64,000 nucleotides of DNA, taken from the NCBI GenBank assembly GCA_963716175.1, contig OY970296.1, forward strand, positions 3,264,001-3,328,000, written 5' to 3'. A model generated the notes under the pieces. That model had not been told where the DNA came from. It saw nothing but the letters and a program-made list of their open reading frames with translations, and ran no database searches. The DNA is from an uncultured Armatimonadetes bacterium. Lineage in GTDB: Bacteria; Armatimonadota; Hebobacteria; Hebobacterales; Hebobacteraceae. Shown here in pieces: positions 7,934-18,029 of this stretch. A program made the position numbers and the translations under genes. Position 1 is the stretch's first letter. Each line of letters begins with the position of its first letter.

Positions 7934-9148
7934 CTACTTGCCCAGGGATCCGACCAGGGAGTAGATGGGAGAGATCACGGAGACCGCGATGAAGCCCACG
8001 ATCAAGCCCAGGCCCACGATCATCAGGGGCTCGATCAGGGAAGTGAGGGCCTTGAGCGTGGCGTCCACCTCTTCGTCGTAGAAGTTCGCCACCTTCACCA
8101 GCATCTGGTCCAGCCGGCCCGTCTCTTCTCCCACCGCGATCATCTGCGTCACCATCACCGGGAATACCTTGCTGCCGAACAGGGGGGTGCTGATCTTGTC
8201 GCCCTCTTTGATGCTGGTGCGGGCGCGGGCGACGGTTTCAGAGACCACACGGTTCCCCGCGGTGTCGGCGACAATCTCCAGCGCCCGCAGCACTGGCACG
8301 CCGCTGCTGATCAGGGTGCCGAAGGTGCGGGCGAAGCGCGACACCGCCGTCTTCAGCACTAGCTCCCCGAAGACTGGCACACGCAGCTTCGCAGCGTCAA
8401 TGGCGAAGCGGCCCTTCTCCGTGCGCGCCGCCATCCGGACGAAGATGAAGCTGCCCACCACCACCACGATGGCGATATACCAGTACTGGCGCACATAGGT
8501 GGAGCAGTTCAGCATCAGCCTGGTGGTGAGCGGCAGTTGCAGGCCCATGGTCTCGAAGATACCCTTGAACTTGGGCAGCACGAAGAAGAGCAGGCCGATC
8601 AGCATCAGCATCGCGAACACGAACACCACCGCCGGATAGGTCATCGCCGACTTGATCTTGTTGCGCGTCTCCTGCTCCTTCTCCAGGAAGGTGGCGAGCC
8701 GATCCAGCACCGTGTCCAGGATACCTCCCGCCTCTGCCGATCGGATCATGTTCACGTAGAGCGAGGTGAAGATGCGAGGGTGCTTCTGCAGAGCTTCGGT
8801 GAGGCTGGTCCCGCCCGCCACATCGCGCTTCACTGTGCTGATCACTTCTTTCAGCCGGGGGTTGCGGCTCTGCTTCTCCAAAATGTCCAGACATTTTACC
8901 ACGCTCAGCCCGGCGTCTATCATGGTGGCGAACTGGCGGCTGAACACCACCAGGTCCCGCAGCTTCACCCGCTGCATCGCGGAGAGCATGCCCTGAAGGC
9001 CGGCCCCGCCTCGTGTCTGACGAATGCTGAGCACATGATAGCGGAGGTCCGACAGCTTGGCCCGCACCAGCTCCAGGCTCTCCGCCTCCAGGGTGCCGGC
9101 CACCGTGCGCCCGCTCTGGTCCATGGCGCTGTAGCGGTAAGTTGGCAT
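7934..9148 (-). CDS. pilC: Type IV pilus platform protein PilC (GspF family)
   Basis: FSRQFATMIDAGL, AEAGGILD, SAMTYP, GEETGRLDQML, SLIEP. Confidence 0.95.
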   Translation of the reverse strand: MPTYRYSAMDQSGRTVAGTLEAESLELVRAKLSDLRYHVLSIRQTRGGAGLQGMLSAMQRVKLRDLVVFSRQFATMIDAGLSVVKCLDILEKQSRNPRLKEVISTVKRDVAGGTSLTEALQKHPRIFTSLYVNMIRSAEAGGILDTVLDRLATFLEKEQETRNKIKSAMTYPAVVFVFAMLMLIGLLFFVLPKFKGIFETMGLQLPLTTRLMLNCSTYVRQYWYIAIVVVVGSFIFVRMAARTEKGRFAIDAAKLRVPVFGELVLKTAVSRFARTFGTLISSGVPVLRALEIVADTAGNRVVSETVARARTSIKEGDKISTPLFGSKVFPVMVTQMIAVGEETGRLDQMLVKVANFYDEEVDATLKALTSLIEPLMIVGLGLIVGFIAVSVISPIYSLVGSLGK

Positions 9149-9380
9149 TAGCTCTCTCCTTGCTCCCAGCTCCGGACTTGCGCCCGTCGCCCCCTCTGGT
9201 ACGATGGCACGCCTCACCGCGTTCGTGGCGGTGCGCTTGCCTGGGGGCAGGTCCTCTCTCCCCGCCTCTGGCGCGAGGCGGGCCGCCGCCGTTCGCCTGG
9301 CGCGGCCTCAGGTGCCGCTTTCCGTCACCGGCCCCGGGGCGCTGCGCCGCGCTTATCTATTCCGTGTTTTCCACCTCACT

Positions 9381-10466
9381 TCACAGGGTGGACAGCCATC
9401 GCCCGTAGTTATCGGCGTCTATCGCCCGGGAGGCGGCCTCCTCCGGCGTCACCTGGCCCTGCCGCACCAGCACCGCTAGCGCGCGGTCCATGGTCTGCAT
9501 TCCCAGATCGCCGCCAGTCTCTATCAGGGCGTAGATCTGATGCGTCTTTCCCTCCCGGATCAGATTCCGGATGCCCGCGGTCACGATCATCACTTCCACC
9601 GCCGGGATGCGACCAGTCTGTCCCGCCCGTGGCAGCAGTTGCTGCGCGACCACCGCCTCCAGCGTGCTGGACAGGAGCACCCTGACCTGCTCCTGGTGGT
9701 GGGGCGGGAACACATCCACGATCCGGTGCACGCTCTGGGGCGCGTTGCGAGTGTGCAGCGTCCCCAGCACCAGGTGCCCGGTTTCGGCGATCTTGAGCGC
9801 GGCATCTATGGTCTCCAGATCGCGCATCTCCCCGATCAGCACCACGTTCGGGTCCTCCCGCACTACTGCCCTCAGCGCCATCGCTATGTCGTAAGTGTCG
9901 CTGCCCAGTTCCCGCTGGTTGACCATGGCCTTGCGGTGCTGGTGCAGGTACTCGATCGGGTCCTCAATCGTCATGATGTGGCAGCTGCGGAACTGGTTGA
10001 TGTAGTCAATGATGGCGGCCAGGGTGGTGGATTTGCCGCTTCCCGCGGGCCCGGTCACCAGGATCAGGCCGCTGGTGCGGCTGGTCAGCGTCCGCACCGC
10101 GCCCGGCAGGCACAGCTCCTCGAAAGTGGGGATGCGGCGGGGAATCAGGCGGAAGGCCGCCCCCACTGACCCCCGCTGCATGTAGACATTCACGCGGAAG
10201 CGCCCCACCTTGCTGATGCCGTGGGAGAAGTCCAGCTCGTGCTTGCTCTCGAAGGCCTGGATCTGATGGTCGTTGAGGATGCTGTAGATCAGCCGTTGGC
10301 ACTCCACGGGCGTGAGCTGGTTGAAGTTCATGGGGCTGAGGCGGCCGTCAACCCGGAGCAGAGGAGGCAGGCCGGCGGTGATGTGCAAGTCCGAGGCGCG
10401 CCGCTCCACTGCCATCGTGAGCAGCTCGTCGAGGCCATACTCCTCGACCTTGAGGGTCCGGGGCAT
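9381..10466 (-). CDS. pilT: Type IV pilus retraction ATPase PilT
   Basis: ASDLHITAG, GPAGSGKSTT, EDPIE, GEMRD, TGHLVLGTLHT, GIRNLIREGK. Confidence 0.95.
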   Translation of the reverse strand: MPRTLKVEEYGLDELLTMAVERRASDLHITAGLPPLLRVDGRLSPMNFNQLTPVECQRLIYSILNDHQIQAFESKHELDFSHGISKVGRFRVNVYMQRGSVGAAFRLIPRRIPTFEELCLPGAVRTLTSRTSGLILVTGPAGSGKSTTLAAIIDYINQFRSCHIMTIEDPIEYLHQHRKAMVNQRELGSDTYDIAMALRAVVREDPNVVLIGEMRDLETIDAALKIAETGHLVLGTLHTRNAPQSVHRIVDVFPPHHQEQVRVLLSSTLEAVVAQQLLPRAGQTGRIPAVEVMIVTAGIRNLIREGKTHQIYALIETGGDLGMQTMDRALAVLVRQGQVTPEEAASRAIDADNYGRWLSTL

Positions 10467-10467
10467 C

Positions 10468-12183
10468 TTAGCCAATGTAGACAACGCGCAGTGCCTCCTC
10501 CATCGTCGTTATCCCCTCCAGGGTCTTCTGCATCGCATCCTGCTGAAGGGTGATCATGCCGCTCTCCAGGGCATGTTGGCGGATCTCGTGGGTGGGCGCC
10601 TTGCGGAGGATGAACTCGCGGATGGTGTCAGTGATCGGCATCAGCTCGAAGATGCCGATTCGCCCCCGGTAGCCAGTGTGGCGGCAGCGCTCGCACCCCC
10701 GTCCCCGGTAGAAGGTGACGGAGTCGGTGTCCACCGCCAGGTTGAGCCGCCGAAAGGCCTCCACCGGGGGAGCATAGGATTCCTTACACTCGGCGCAGAT
10801 CACCCGCACCAACCGCTGGGCGAGCACCCCGATCAGCGAGGACGCGATCAGGAAGGGCTCGACCCCCATCTCGATCATGCGGGCCACCGCGGTGGGAGCG
10901 TCATTGGTATGAAGAGTGCTGAACACCAGGTGCCCCGTCAGCGCGGCCTCGGTGGCGATCATCGCCGTCTCCGAGTCCCGCATCTCTCCCACCAGGATGA
11001 TATCCGGGTCCTGCCGGAGGAAGGTGCGCAGGGCGGTGGCAAAGGTCACCCCGGCGCGCTCATTCACCGCGGTCTGGGTGAGGCCGGCCAGCTGGTATTC
11101 CACCGGATCCTCGATGGTGAGGATGTTCTTCTCGGGGCTGTTGATGGAGTTCAGGACGGAATAGAGCGTGGTGGACTTGCCGGACCCGGTGGGCCCGGTG
11201 ACGGCGACAATGCCATAGCTGCGGTTGACCAGGTTCTCGAAATCCTCCATCATGGAGGTGGGGATGCCGAGCTGGTTGAGCCCGACCTGGATCCCGCGCT
11301 TGTCCAGGATGCGCATCACCACCTTCTCCCCATTCACCCCGGGATTGGTGGAGACTCGGAAATCAAACTCCCGGCCCGCTACCCGCAGTGAGATGCGGCC
11401 ATCCTGGGGCGCGCGTTTCTCCGCGATGTCCAGGTCGGCCATCACCTTAATGCGGGAGACCAGCGGAGCCTGCACCTTCTTGGGCACGGTCATCACATCA
11501 TGGAGAATGCCGTCAATGCGAAGGCGGATGCGGACCCGATTTACCTCCGGCTGGATGTGGATGTCGCTGGTCTTGTCCCGGATCGCCTGGCGGATGATGA
11601 GGTTGGTGAGCCGCACCACCGGCGCGTCGTCCAGCATCTCCCGCAGTTGATCGGCGCTTACCTCTTCCTCTCGCTTCGCCGTCTCGTACTGGATCTCGCC
11701 CCCGTCCTGGCCTATCTCCTCGTTCATCTCCTGCAGCGCGGCGCCGATCTCTTCCCGGGCCGACAGCGATTGTCCCAGCACCGCGTTGATGTCATCCGCG
11801 GTGGCGATCACGGACTCGATGTCGGTGCCGGCGACCAGGCGCATCTGGTCCAGGGCGTAGACGTCCAGGGGGTTGACCATGGCCACCACCAGGCGGGGTC
11901 CGTTCCGGTCTATGGGCACCGCCTTCCAGCGTTGCAGCAGGTGGTGAGGGATCAGCTTCAGCAGGTCGCGGTCGAACTGGCGCTCGCCCAGGTCCACGAA
12001 GGGAATGCCCCACTGCCGCCCCAGGATCTTGGCCTTATCCTTCTCCGTGATCACGCCCATGTTCACCAGCACTTGGGCGAGGGGCTCGCGGGTCTCCTTC
12101 TGCACCTCCAGCGCTTGCCTGAGCTGCTCGGAGGAGACCTTCGTCACTTCCTTTACGATGTCTGCGACTGTCCGCGTTTCCAT
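10468..12183 (-). CDS. pilB: Type IV pilus extension ATPase PilB (GspE family)
   Basis: T2SSE_N domain, SDIHIQP, LDIAEKRAPQDGR, GPTGSGKSTT, CxxC..CxxC zinc motif, TGYRGR. Confidence 0.95.
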   Translation of the reverse strand: METRTVADIVKEVTKVSSEQLRQALEVQKETREPLAQVLVNMGVITEKDKAKILGRQWGIPFVDLGERQFDRDLLKLIPHHLLQRWKAVPIDRNGPRLVVAMVNPLDVYALDQMRLVAGTDIESVIATADDINAVLGQSLSAREEIGAALQEMNEEIGQDGGEIQYETAKREEEVSADQLREMLDDAPVVRLTNLIIRQAIRDKTSDIHIQPEVNRVRIRLRIDGILHDVMTVPKKVQAPLVSRIKVMADLDIAEKRAPQDGRISLRVAGREFDFRVSTNPGVNGEKVVMRILDKRGIQVGLNQLGIPTSMMEDFENLVNRSYGIVAVTGPTGSGKSTTLYSVLNSINSPEKNILTIEDPVEYQLAGLTQTAVNERAGVTFATALRTFLRQDPDIILVGEMRDSETAMIATEAALTGHLVFSTLHTNDAPTAVARMIEMGVEPFLIASSLIGVLAQRLVRVICAECKESYAPPVEAFRRLNLAVDTDSVTFYRGRGCERCRHTGYRGRIGIFELMPITDTIREFILRKAPTHEIRQHALESGMITLQQDAMQKTLEGITTMEEALRVVYIG

Positions 12184-12235
12184 GTCCCGGTTTAGGCTCT
12201 TTCCATATTTGCGCGCTTCTGGGGGAAGGCGCCTC

Positions 12236-12274
12236 ACAGACAAGAAGGGGGCCTGCCCGGTGGGGCAGGCCCCC
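12236..12274 (-). terminator. Intrinsic terminator-like hairpin between pilQ and pilB
   Basis: 12-bp perfect stem GGGGGCCTGCCC/GGGCAGGCCCCC, 4-nt loop, followed on minus strand by TTCTTGTCTGT. Confidence 0.6.
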
Positions 12275-12400
12275 AAGCCGGCGCCATGATCCGCTATGTC
12301 GTCCTAGTAGGCTCGGCGTCTCTCAGCCGAGCCCCCGTTAGTTGTCGACATCGTCCCTTTTCGGAATAGAGGCGCCAGGCCCGTCAGGCCCGGCCCCGGG

Positions 12401-14278
12401 CTAGGACTCGACTATCGTCGGGGTCACGAAGACCATGATCTCAGTGTGCTGTGGGCGCTTCTCCACGTGCTTGAACAGCTCCCCAGCAATCGGCAGGTTC
12501 CCCAGGAACGGCACCTTCTTGATCGTCACCTGCTCCTGGTCGGTCACCAGTCCCGCCAGCACCGCGGTCTCGCCGCTCTTGATCCGCACTGTGGTGATCA
12601 CCGTGCGCGTGGCGACCACGGGCAGTTGCGCCGCGGTCGTGCCCACCAGCGAGGAAACCGTCGGCGAGATGGTCATTGTGATCTCGTTGTTCTCATTCAC
12701 CCTCGGGTTGACCGACAGCAGCACGCCGACATCAATCGTTCTGGTGTCGGTGATGATCCCACCGGTGGTAGCGGCCGCAATCGCCACCGTGTAGTAGATG
12801 GTCTGGCCGGTGTGCAGCGATGTCTGTCGGCCGTCCAGCGTGGTGACACTCGGGTTGGACAGGATGCGGGCGCGGCCCTTCTGCTCCAACGCGCGAAGCG
12901 CCGCGTCCAGCTGGAAATCGGTTCGCAGGATCCGGCCGACATTCAGCGGTCTCATCACGGTGGCGTCGGGCTTGCCCGTGTCGGGGTCGATCTCCAGCGG
13001 CTCGCCGATGATGAAGGGCACGCCGGTCTCGCCCAGGCCCCGTCCCGTGGACTGGCCCCAGTCAATGCCGATGCGGGAGACGTCATCCCGGTTGATCTCG
13101 GTCACCATGGCGGTGATGTGCACCTGCCTGGGGGCCTTGTCGAGCTGCTCGATCAGCTTCAGCCCGCGCTCGACGGTGTAGGGCGCGCCGGACAGGATCA
13201 GGGCCGTGATCGGCGCCGCCTCTACCTGCACGCCGGCAGTGCCTCCGGCGCCGCCAGCCCCGCCCCCGCCCCCGCCGCCACCGCCCGCGTACTGCGGAGC
13301 GGCCAGCATCGCGGCGGTGCCGCCGGCTCCGCCGGTGGCTCTCTGCACCACAGGCGTGAACGAGCGCGGCGCCAGGGTCACGGTGAGGTCAGGCACCAGC
13401 GCCATCACGGTCTGCTGCAGCTCCGTGGGGCTGGTGTACTTCACGTAGTAAATGGCCTGCGTCGCCTGCGCCGGCGCTGGCGCTGCATCCGAGGCCGAGA
13501 CCAGCGAGCGCACGGACTGCCACTGCTGGTCGGTGGCCGTGATCAGCAGGCTGTTCTCCTGCGGCCCGAGCTGCACTTTCACCTCCGGCACCGCAGCCGA
13601 GATCAGCTCGGCCATCTGGTCCGCCTTCAGATACCGCACCGGCACCACTTCCGTGGTGGGCGGTGAGGGCGGGGCCGGCACGTCCATCTCCGCCAGCGCC
13701 CGCTCTGCCTTCGCCAGGGAGGACTCAGTCCCCAGCAGCAGGATCGAGCGCACCCCCTTCTGCGTAGACACGGTGACATCGGGGGTCAGCTTGGAGAGCG
13801 CCTGTTGGGCGTATTCTGGCGAGATGTGCTGCAGCACCACCACCGCCGACCGCAGCTCGGAGACGCGCATGGCGCGCACCTCTTCGGGCGTGCCCACCAC
13901 ATAGGCCGCCTCCACCCAGGCGTAGTCCAGTCCGTTGAGTCTGGTGACGATGTTCATGGCCTGTTCAATGGTGACATTGCGCAGGCGTAGCGTGGCCTTC
14001 CCCTTCACGCTGCCGCTCACCGCGATGTTGACTCCACTCTGCGTGGAGAGGGCCTGGAACACGTCTACGATGTCGGCATCCACAAACTCGAGCGTGAATC
14101 TGGCCCACGATGGGGCTCCCACTGGGGTTCCCCGGCCGCCGGTGTAGGCCAGGCCCGTCGCGCGCGCCGCTTGGGCCCCCGGCTTGGCATGTCCGTTGGC
14201 CCAGGCGACACTTGCCGCCAGCAGCCAGACCAATGCAATGGCCAGGCTGCTCCATACCGCATGCTTTCTGCGAGTCAT
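12401..14278 (-). CDS. pilQ: Secretin PilQ/GspD
   Basis: Signal peptide; N0 (TLEFVDADIVDVFQAL); N-repeats; secretin C-domain (QVHITAMVTE, ARILSNPSVTT, KVPFLGNLPIAGELFK, VFVTPTIV). Confidence 0.92.
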   Translation of the reverse strand: MTRRKHAVWSSLAIALVWLLAASVAWANGHAKPGAQAARATGLAYTGGRGTPVGAPSWARFTLEFVDADIVDVFQALSTQSGVNIAVSGSVKGKATLRLRNVTIEQAMNIVTRLNGLDYAWVEAAYVVGTPEEVRAMRVSELRSAVVVLQHISPEYAQQALSKLTPDVTVSTQKGVRSILLLGTESSLAKAERALAEMDVPAPPSPPTTEVVPVRYLKADQMAELISAAVPEVKVQLGPQENSLLITATDQQWQSVRSLVSASDAAPAPAQATQAIYYVKYTSPTELQQTVMALVPDLTVTLAPRSFTPVVQRATGGAGGTAAMLAAPQYAGGGGGGGGGAGGAGGTAGVQVEAAPITALILSGAPYTVERGLKLIEQLDKAPRQVHITAMVTEINRDDVSRIGIDWGQSTGRGLGETGVPFIIGEPLEIDPDTGKPDATVMRPLNVGRILRTDFQLDAALRALEQKGRARILSNPSVTTLDGRQTSLHTGQTIYYTVAIAAATTGGIITDTRTIDVGVLLSVNPRVNENNEITMTISPTVSSLVGTTAAQLPVVATRTVITTVRIKSGETAVLAGLVTDQEQVTIKKVPFLGNLPIAGELFKHVEKRPQHTEIMVFVTPTIVES

Positions 14279-14282
14279 GGCG

Positions 14283-14864
14283 CTACTGCCTCCCTCCCAT
14301 CCGTAGGATGACCTTCCCTTCTTTGCCTGTTAGCACTACTTCTTTCGAGCCGACCGACTGCACCCGGTAGCGATCCCCAATGCGGTCGCCGGCCTTCACG
14401 TAGTAACGCTGGTCCCCCTCTCGAATCACCGCCATCGCCTGTCGCCCGGCCACGATCCCGGCCAGGATCAGCCCGGTCGCGGGGGCCTCGCCGCCTTTGG
14501 CCGCCGCGGTGCTGCTCACCCTGGGTGGCATCGCCGCCGGGGCTGGGGATGCCGCGGGCGCGCTCTCTCCGGCCGCGGCCGGAGGCCGCTTTGCGGGCTC
14601 CCCGGCGGCCTGAGAAGCGGCGACGCTGGGCCCGGCGAACGGGTTGCGGGGGGTGCCGCTGGTCCCGGGCGCGGCTGCCAGCGGCAGGCCTGGCTTGGCC
14701 GCCTCCCCCGCGCCCGCTTTCCCCGCCTGCGGCTTGGCCGGAGAGGCGGCCGCGGGCTTTGCCGGGGGCACGGGCGGCGGCCTGTGGCGGAAGGTGTAGA
14801 CGGCTACCGCCAGCGCCATCGCCGCCAGCACCAGCAGGAGAACATCCTTGCTACGACGTCCCAT
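14283..14864 (-). CDS. PilP/GspC-like pilus assembly protein
   Basis: Between pilO and pilQ; TM anchor, RNPF motif, C-terminal beta domain LAGIV..AVI..YYVKAGD. Confidence 0.7.
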   Translation of the reverse strand: MGRRSKDVLLLVLAAMALAVAVYTFRHRPPPVPPAKPAAASPAKPQAGKAGAGEAAKPGLPLAAAPGTSGTPRNPFAGPSVAASQAAGEPAKRPPAAAGESAPAASPAPAAMPPRVSSTAAAKGGEAPATGLILAGIVAGRQAMAVIREGDQRYYVKAGDRIGDRYRVQSVGSKEVVLTGKEGKVILRMGGRQ

Positions 14865-15534
14865 CTTTCCCCCCTTTCCCGATCACCGCGGTCAGCTCCA
14901 TGGTCGCCATCAGCTCCGGCGACTGCATCAGTGAGCCCGTCTGCTTGGGCGAGAAGGCGATATCATTGACCGCGATCATCTTGGGGAACTGCTGCAGCTC
15001 CTTCAGGAAATCCAGGATCGTGGTGTAGGTGCCCTCGATCCTCAACTCGATGGTCGAGTAATCATAGGGGAGCTTGCTCTTGTCCACCTGCTTCGCGTCC
15101 TTGGCATTGGGCCCGGAGGGCGCGTTCGGTTGCTCCTTCACCACCTCCCCGGTCTCGTTGTTCACCGTCACCGCTGCGGTCTTGCCGCTGGGCGCCTTCG
15201 CCTTGGGTCGGATCATCACAATCCGGTTACTGGTCTGCGTGGCCAGCCGCTCGATCTGGCGCAGGAAAGTGGGCATGTAGGAGCTGTCCGGCAAGGCCGG
15301 CTCCAGCACCGAGAGCCGCGCCTGCAGCTTGGCGTACTTGGCCTCCAGCTCCGGCTGCTTGGTGAGCTTCTCTCGCACCTGCGTCAACTGCTGGTCCTTG
15401 CCGCTCAGCTCCTTCGCCAACCGCGTCAGCTCGCTGCCCTTGGCCCGGTAGAGACTCACTCCCAGGCCGGTCAGGCAGACCGCGGCGATGCCCAGCAGCG
15501 CGTAAATCACTTTGCGATCGGCGCCTACGCTCAT
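14851..15534 (-). CDS. pilO: Type IV pilus alignment protein PilO
   Basis: TM, coiled coil, LP..MPTFLRQI, IEGTYTTILDFLKEL; position after pilN. Confidence 0.85.
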   Translation of the reverse strand: MSVGADRKVIYALLGIAAVCLTGLGVSLYRAKGSELTRLAKELSGKDQQLTQVREKLTKQPELEAKYAKLQARLSVLEPALPDSSYMPTFLRQIERLATQTSNRIVMIRPKAKAPSGKTAAVTVNNETGEVVKEQPNAPSGPNAKDAKQVDKSKLPYDYSTIELRIEGTYTTILDFLKELQQFPKMIAVNDIAFSPKQTGSLMQSPELMATMELTAVIGKGGKDGTS

Positions 15535-16124
15535 TTCAACCCGCTCCCGATGATCTGGCTCAAGGGCACTGTGATCTCGAATTGGATGACACTGCGTCCT
15601 TGCTGGGTCACGTTCATCTGGGTGAAGCCGAGGGCCGGGGCCTTGCTCCAGGCCGGCTTATCCAGGTTCAGCATGAACTCCCCGATGTCGCTCTGGTTGA
15701 AGGCCGAGCCCCGGAGCGAGAGCACCTGCTCCTTCTCCGCGCGATGCGAGCCCAACTGGGAGAGCCAGACATTCCCTGCCGTCGGCACGCAGGCCCCGAC
15801 GTCCCGCAGGATCTGGATCCACGCCTGCTCGCTGTCGTGCACCTTCTCCAGCAGATCCACCCGCGGCTCCAGCTTCCCGATATTGCCGTCCAGGAACTGG
15901 ATGCGGCTCACCGCTTCCGCCAGCGTGGGATCGCTCAGCTTCGCCTCCACCTCCGCGATGCGACCCTGGGTCAGCTTGGTGGCCGCGGTCAGCCGCGCGT
16001 AGAGCAACGCCACCGCCAGGAACAGCACGATCAGGGAGTACACCGCGCAGCGCAGGATGGTGATGGCGCGCTGCTTCTGCCGCCTGCGGCCGGCTATGAG
16101 ATTGATGTCGAGCACGGTGGTCAT
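15531..16124 (-). CDS. pilN: Type IV pilus alignment protein PilN
   Basis: DINLI motif, TM, VP..VWLSQL, LRGSA; follows pilM. Confidence 0.87.
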   Translation of the reverse strand: MTTVLDINLIAGRRRQKQRAITILRCAVYSLIVLFLAVALLYARLTAATKLTQGRIAEVEAKLSDPTLAEAVSRIQFLDGNIGKLEPRVDLLEKVHDSEQAWIQILRDVGACVPTAGNVWLSQLGSHRAEKEQVLSLRGSAFNQSDIGEFMLNLDKPAWSKAPALGFTQMNVTQQGRSVIQFEITVPLSQIIGSGLK

Positions 16125-17290
16125 GGGCTTTTCTCCCCGGGATGGGTGCGCTTCTGGCGAGAGAGCAAGAGCTCTCGCAACGCCAGCCCGGCGGCCACCA
16201 GCAGGGTGGGCGCGTGCGACTGCAGGTATTCCTGGTTGACGCCCCGCGCCTGAAGCCGTTCAGGCCCGAACACGTTCAGCACTCCCACCGGCACCCCGAG
16301 CTGGGCCTGGAAGTACTCCTCGATGCGGGGGAGCTTGGCGCTCCCGCCGCTCAGCAGGATCTGGTTGACCCCCAGCTCCCCGCTGCCCGCGTCCGGTGAC
16401 TGCTGCTGGTAGTCGTGGAAGGCCAGCGAGCGGCGCACCTCGCGGATCAACTCGTCCAGCAGCGGCTCGATCGCTCGGCTCGCCTGCTGTGCCGCCGGGT
16501 CCAGGGTGGCCCGCTCTTCCTCGCTCAGCACCACCTGAGTGGCACTCTCCTTCAGCCGGTTCGCCTCCTCCAGGTCCACGTCCAGAGCATTCTTGATGGC
16601 ATCGGTGAAGGCATTGCCCGCGATGGGGATCATGCGGCTGAGCACGAACTCAGCATCCTTCACCAAGGTGATCTCGGTGTAGGCCGCGCCGATGCCCACC
16701 AGCGCGATGGTCTCGCCGTTGCTCTGGGTCTGGCCATTGCCGGCCACCAGGCCCCGCAGCGCCGCGAAGGGTTGGATCTCCACGGCCAGTGGCTCCAGCC
16801 CCGCCAGCTCCAGTGTCTCCACTTGGCTGTCCACCATGTCCCGGGGGGCGGCCACCAGCAGCACCTTCATCTGGGCATTGGTCCCCGGCGCCGCGGGCCG
16901 ATCCACCACCTGGAACTCCACCACGCTGTCCTCCACCGGAAACGAGATGTAGTTCCTCGCCTCCCACTGGATCGAGCGCCGGAGCTGCCGGTCGGACATG
17001 GCGGGCAGGGGCACCTCTCGCACTACCACGGTGGGCCCGGCAATGCCGGCCACCGCGGTGGCGGCATCAATCTGCAGCGCCTCCAGCAGCGCACGAATGG
17101 ACTGGGCCACCGCCAGCGGGTCCACCACCACCCCGCCCTTGATGGCATTGGCGGGCGTAGGAGCGCTGCCGGCCTTGTGCAGGGCGAGCCCGTCTCGGCC
17201 CTCCTGCAATTGCACCAGCTTGATGGCATTGCTCCCTACATCAAGCCCGATGGCTGTGTTCCCTGATCCGAACTTCGAGAATAGCCTCAT
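16121..17290 (-). CDS. pilM: Type IV pilus assembly protein PilM
   Basis: IGLDVGSNAIK actin-like motif, IQWEA..YISF, LSGGSAKL, AAGLALR. Confidence 0.93.
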   Translation of the reverse strand: MRLFSKFGSGNTAIGLDVGSNAIKLVQLQEGRDGLALHKAGSAPTPANAIKGGVVVDPLAVAQSIRALLEALQIDAATAVAGIAGPTVVVREVPLPAMSDRQLRRSIQWEARNYISFPVEDSVVEFQVVDRPAAPGTNAQMKVLLVAAPRDMVDSQVETLELAGLEPLAVEIQPFAALRGLVAGNGQTQSNGETIALVGIGAAYTEITLVKDAEFVLSRMIPIAGNAFTDAIKNALDVDLEEANRLKESATQVVLSEEERATLDPAAQQASRAIEPLLDELIREVRRSLAFHDYQQQSPDAGSGELGVNQILLSGGSAKLPRIEEYFQAQLGVPVGVLNVFGPERLQARGVNQEYLQSHAPTLLVAAGLALRELLLSRQKRTHPGEKSP

Positions 17291-17321
17291 AGTTGGTCTG
17301 CTCCAGGTCCGCTTGCGAGCT

Positions 17322-18011
17322 TCAGCTCACCTTCACCCCGCCCTCCCTTTCCGGAGAGCGTTCGTCCGCTCCCGGCCGCGCCGGGGTGAGATAGGAGCTG
17401 CGCCCGAAGTCGATCTCGCCTCGCGCCGCCGGCAGCTTTCCTCCGCTGATGATGACGTCCCCCGTCTGCCCGGTCGGGTCCCACTCCTCCACGATCCCCT
17501 CCGCCAGCAACTCGGTCACCCCGTGCAGCGCCTCCACTGGCTCTATCCCCGACTCCCGGATGATGGTGGCGACATTGCGCCGGGCATCCACCAGCCGCAG
17601 CACCGACTGGGCCTGCGGCGAGAGCGACTCATAGCGCTCGTTCACCGCAAACGCCCGCTGCCGCAGCACCACGTGCATGTTGGGCATCTCCTCCTCGACC
17701 CGCTGCCACTCGTCGAAGCGCTTCATCCCCTCCAGGATCAGCGCCTCCGTGCTCTGCGTGATCTCCCTCGCCACCGGCTCCTCGCTGCGCTCGAAGGTGA
17801 AGTCCCCGTTGCGCCATCCCAGCACGCGGTAGACCACCTCCGGCCCTCGCTCCCGCCGGGAGATGGCGCGCACCACTTCCCCGTTCACGACGAACAAGTC
17901 CACTCGCTCCGTGCCCCGCCACACCTGCAGCCGGCCGCTCTTGTGGCTCACGTTTAGTAGCTGCACCAGCTCCGCGAAGCTGATATCTTCGAAGCTGCCG
18001 GTAAGTGCCAT
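17322..18011 (-). CDS. DUF4388 (PatA_N-like) domain protein
   Basis: MALTGSFEDISFAELVQLL..SGRL..GEVVRA..WRNGDFTF..LILEGMKRFDEW followed by winged-helix-like segment. Confidence 0.85.
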   Translation of the reverse strand: MALTGSFEDISFAELVQLLNVSHKSGRLQVWRGTERVDLFVVNGEVVRAISRRERGPEVVYRVLGWRNGDFTFERSEEPVAREITQSTEALILEGMKRFDEWQRVEEEMPNMHVVLRQRAFAVNERYESLSPQAQSVLRLVDARRNVATIIRESGIEPVEALHGVTELLAEGIVEEWDPTGQTGDVIISGGKLPAARGEIDFGRSSYLTPARPGADERSPEREGGVKVS

Positions 18012-18029
18012 CCTGCCGTCCCTAGCGCC

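Noticed and set aside
13240-13330. Poly-Gly tract in pilQ as a contingency repeat
   Set aside because: Mixed Gly codons, not a simple sequence repeat; low-complexity loops are common in secretins
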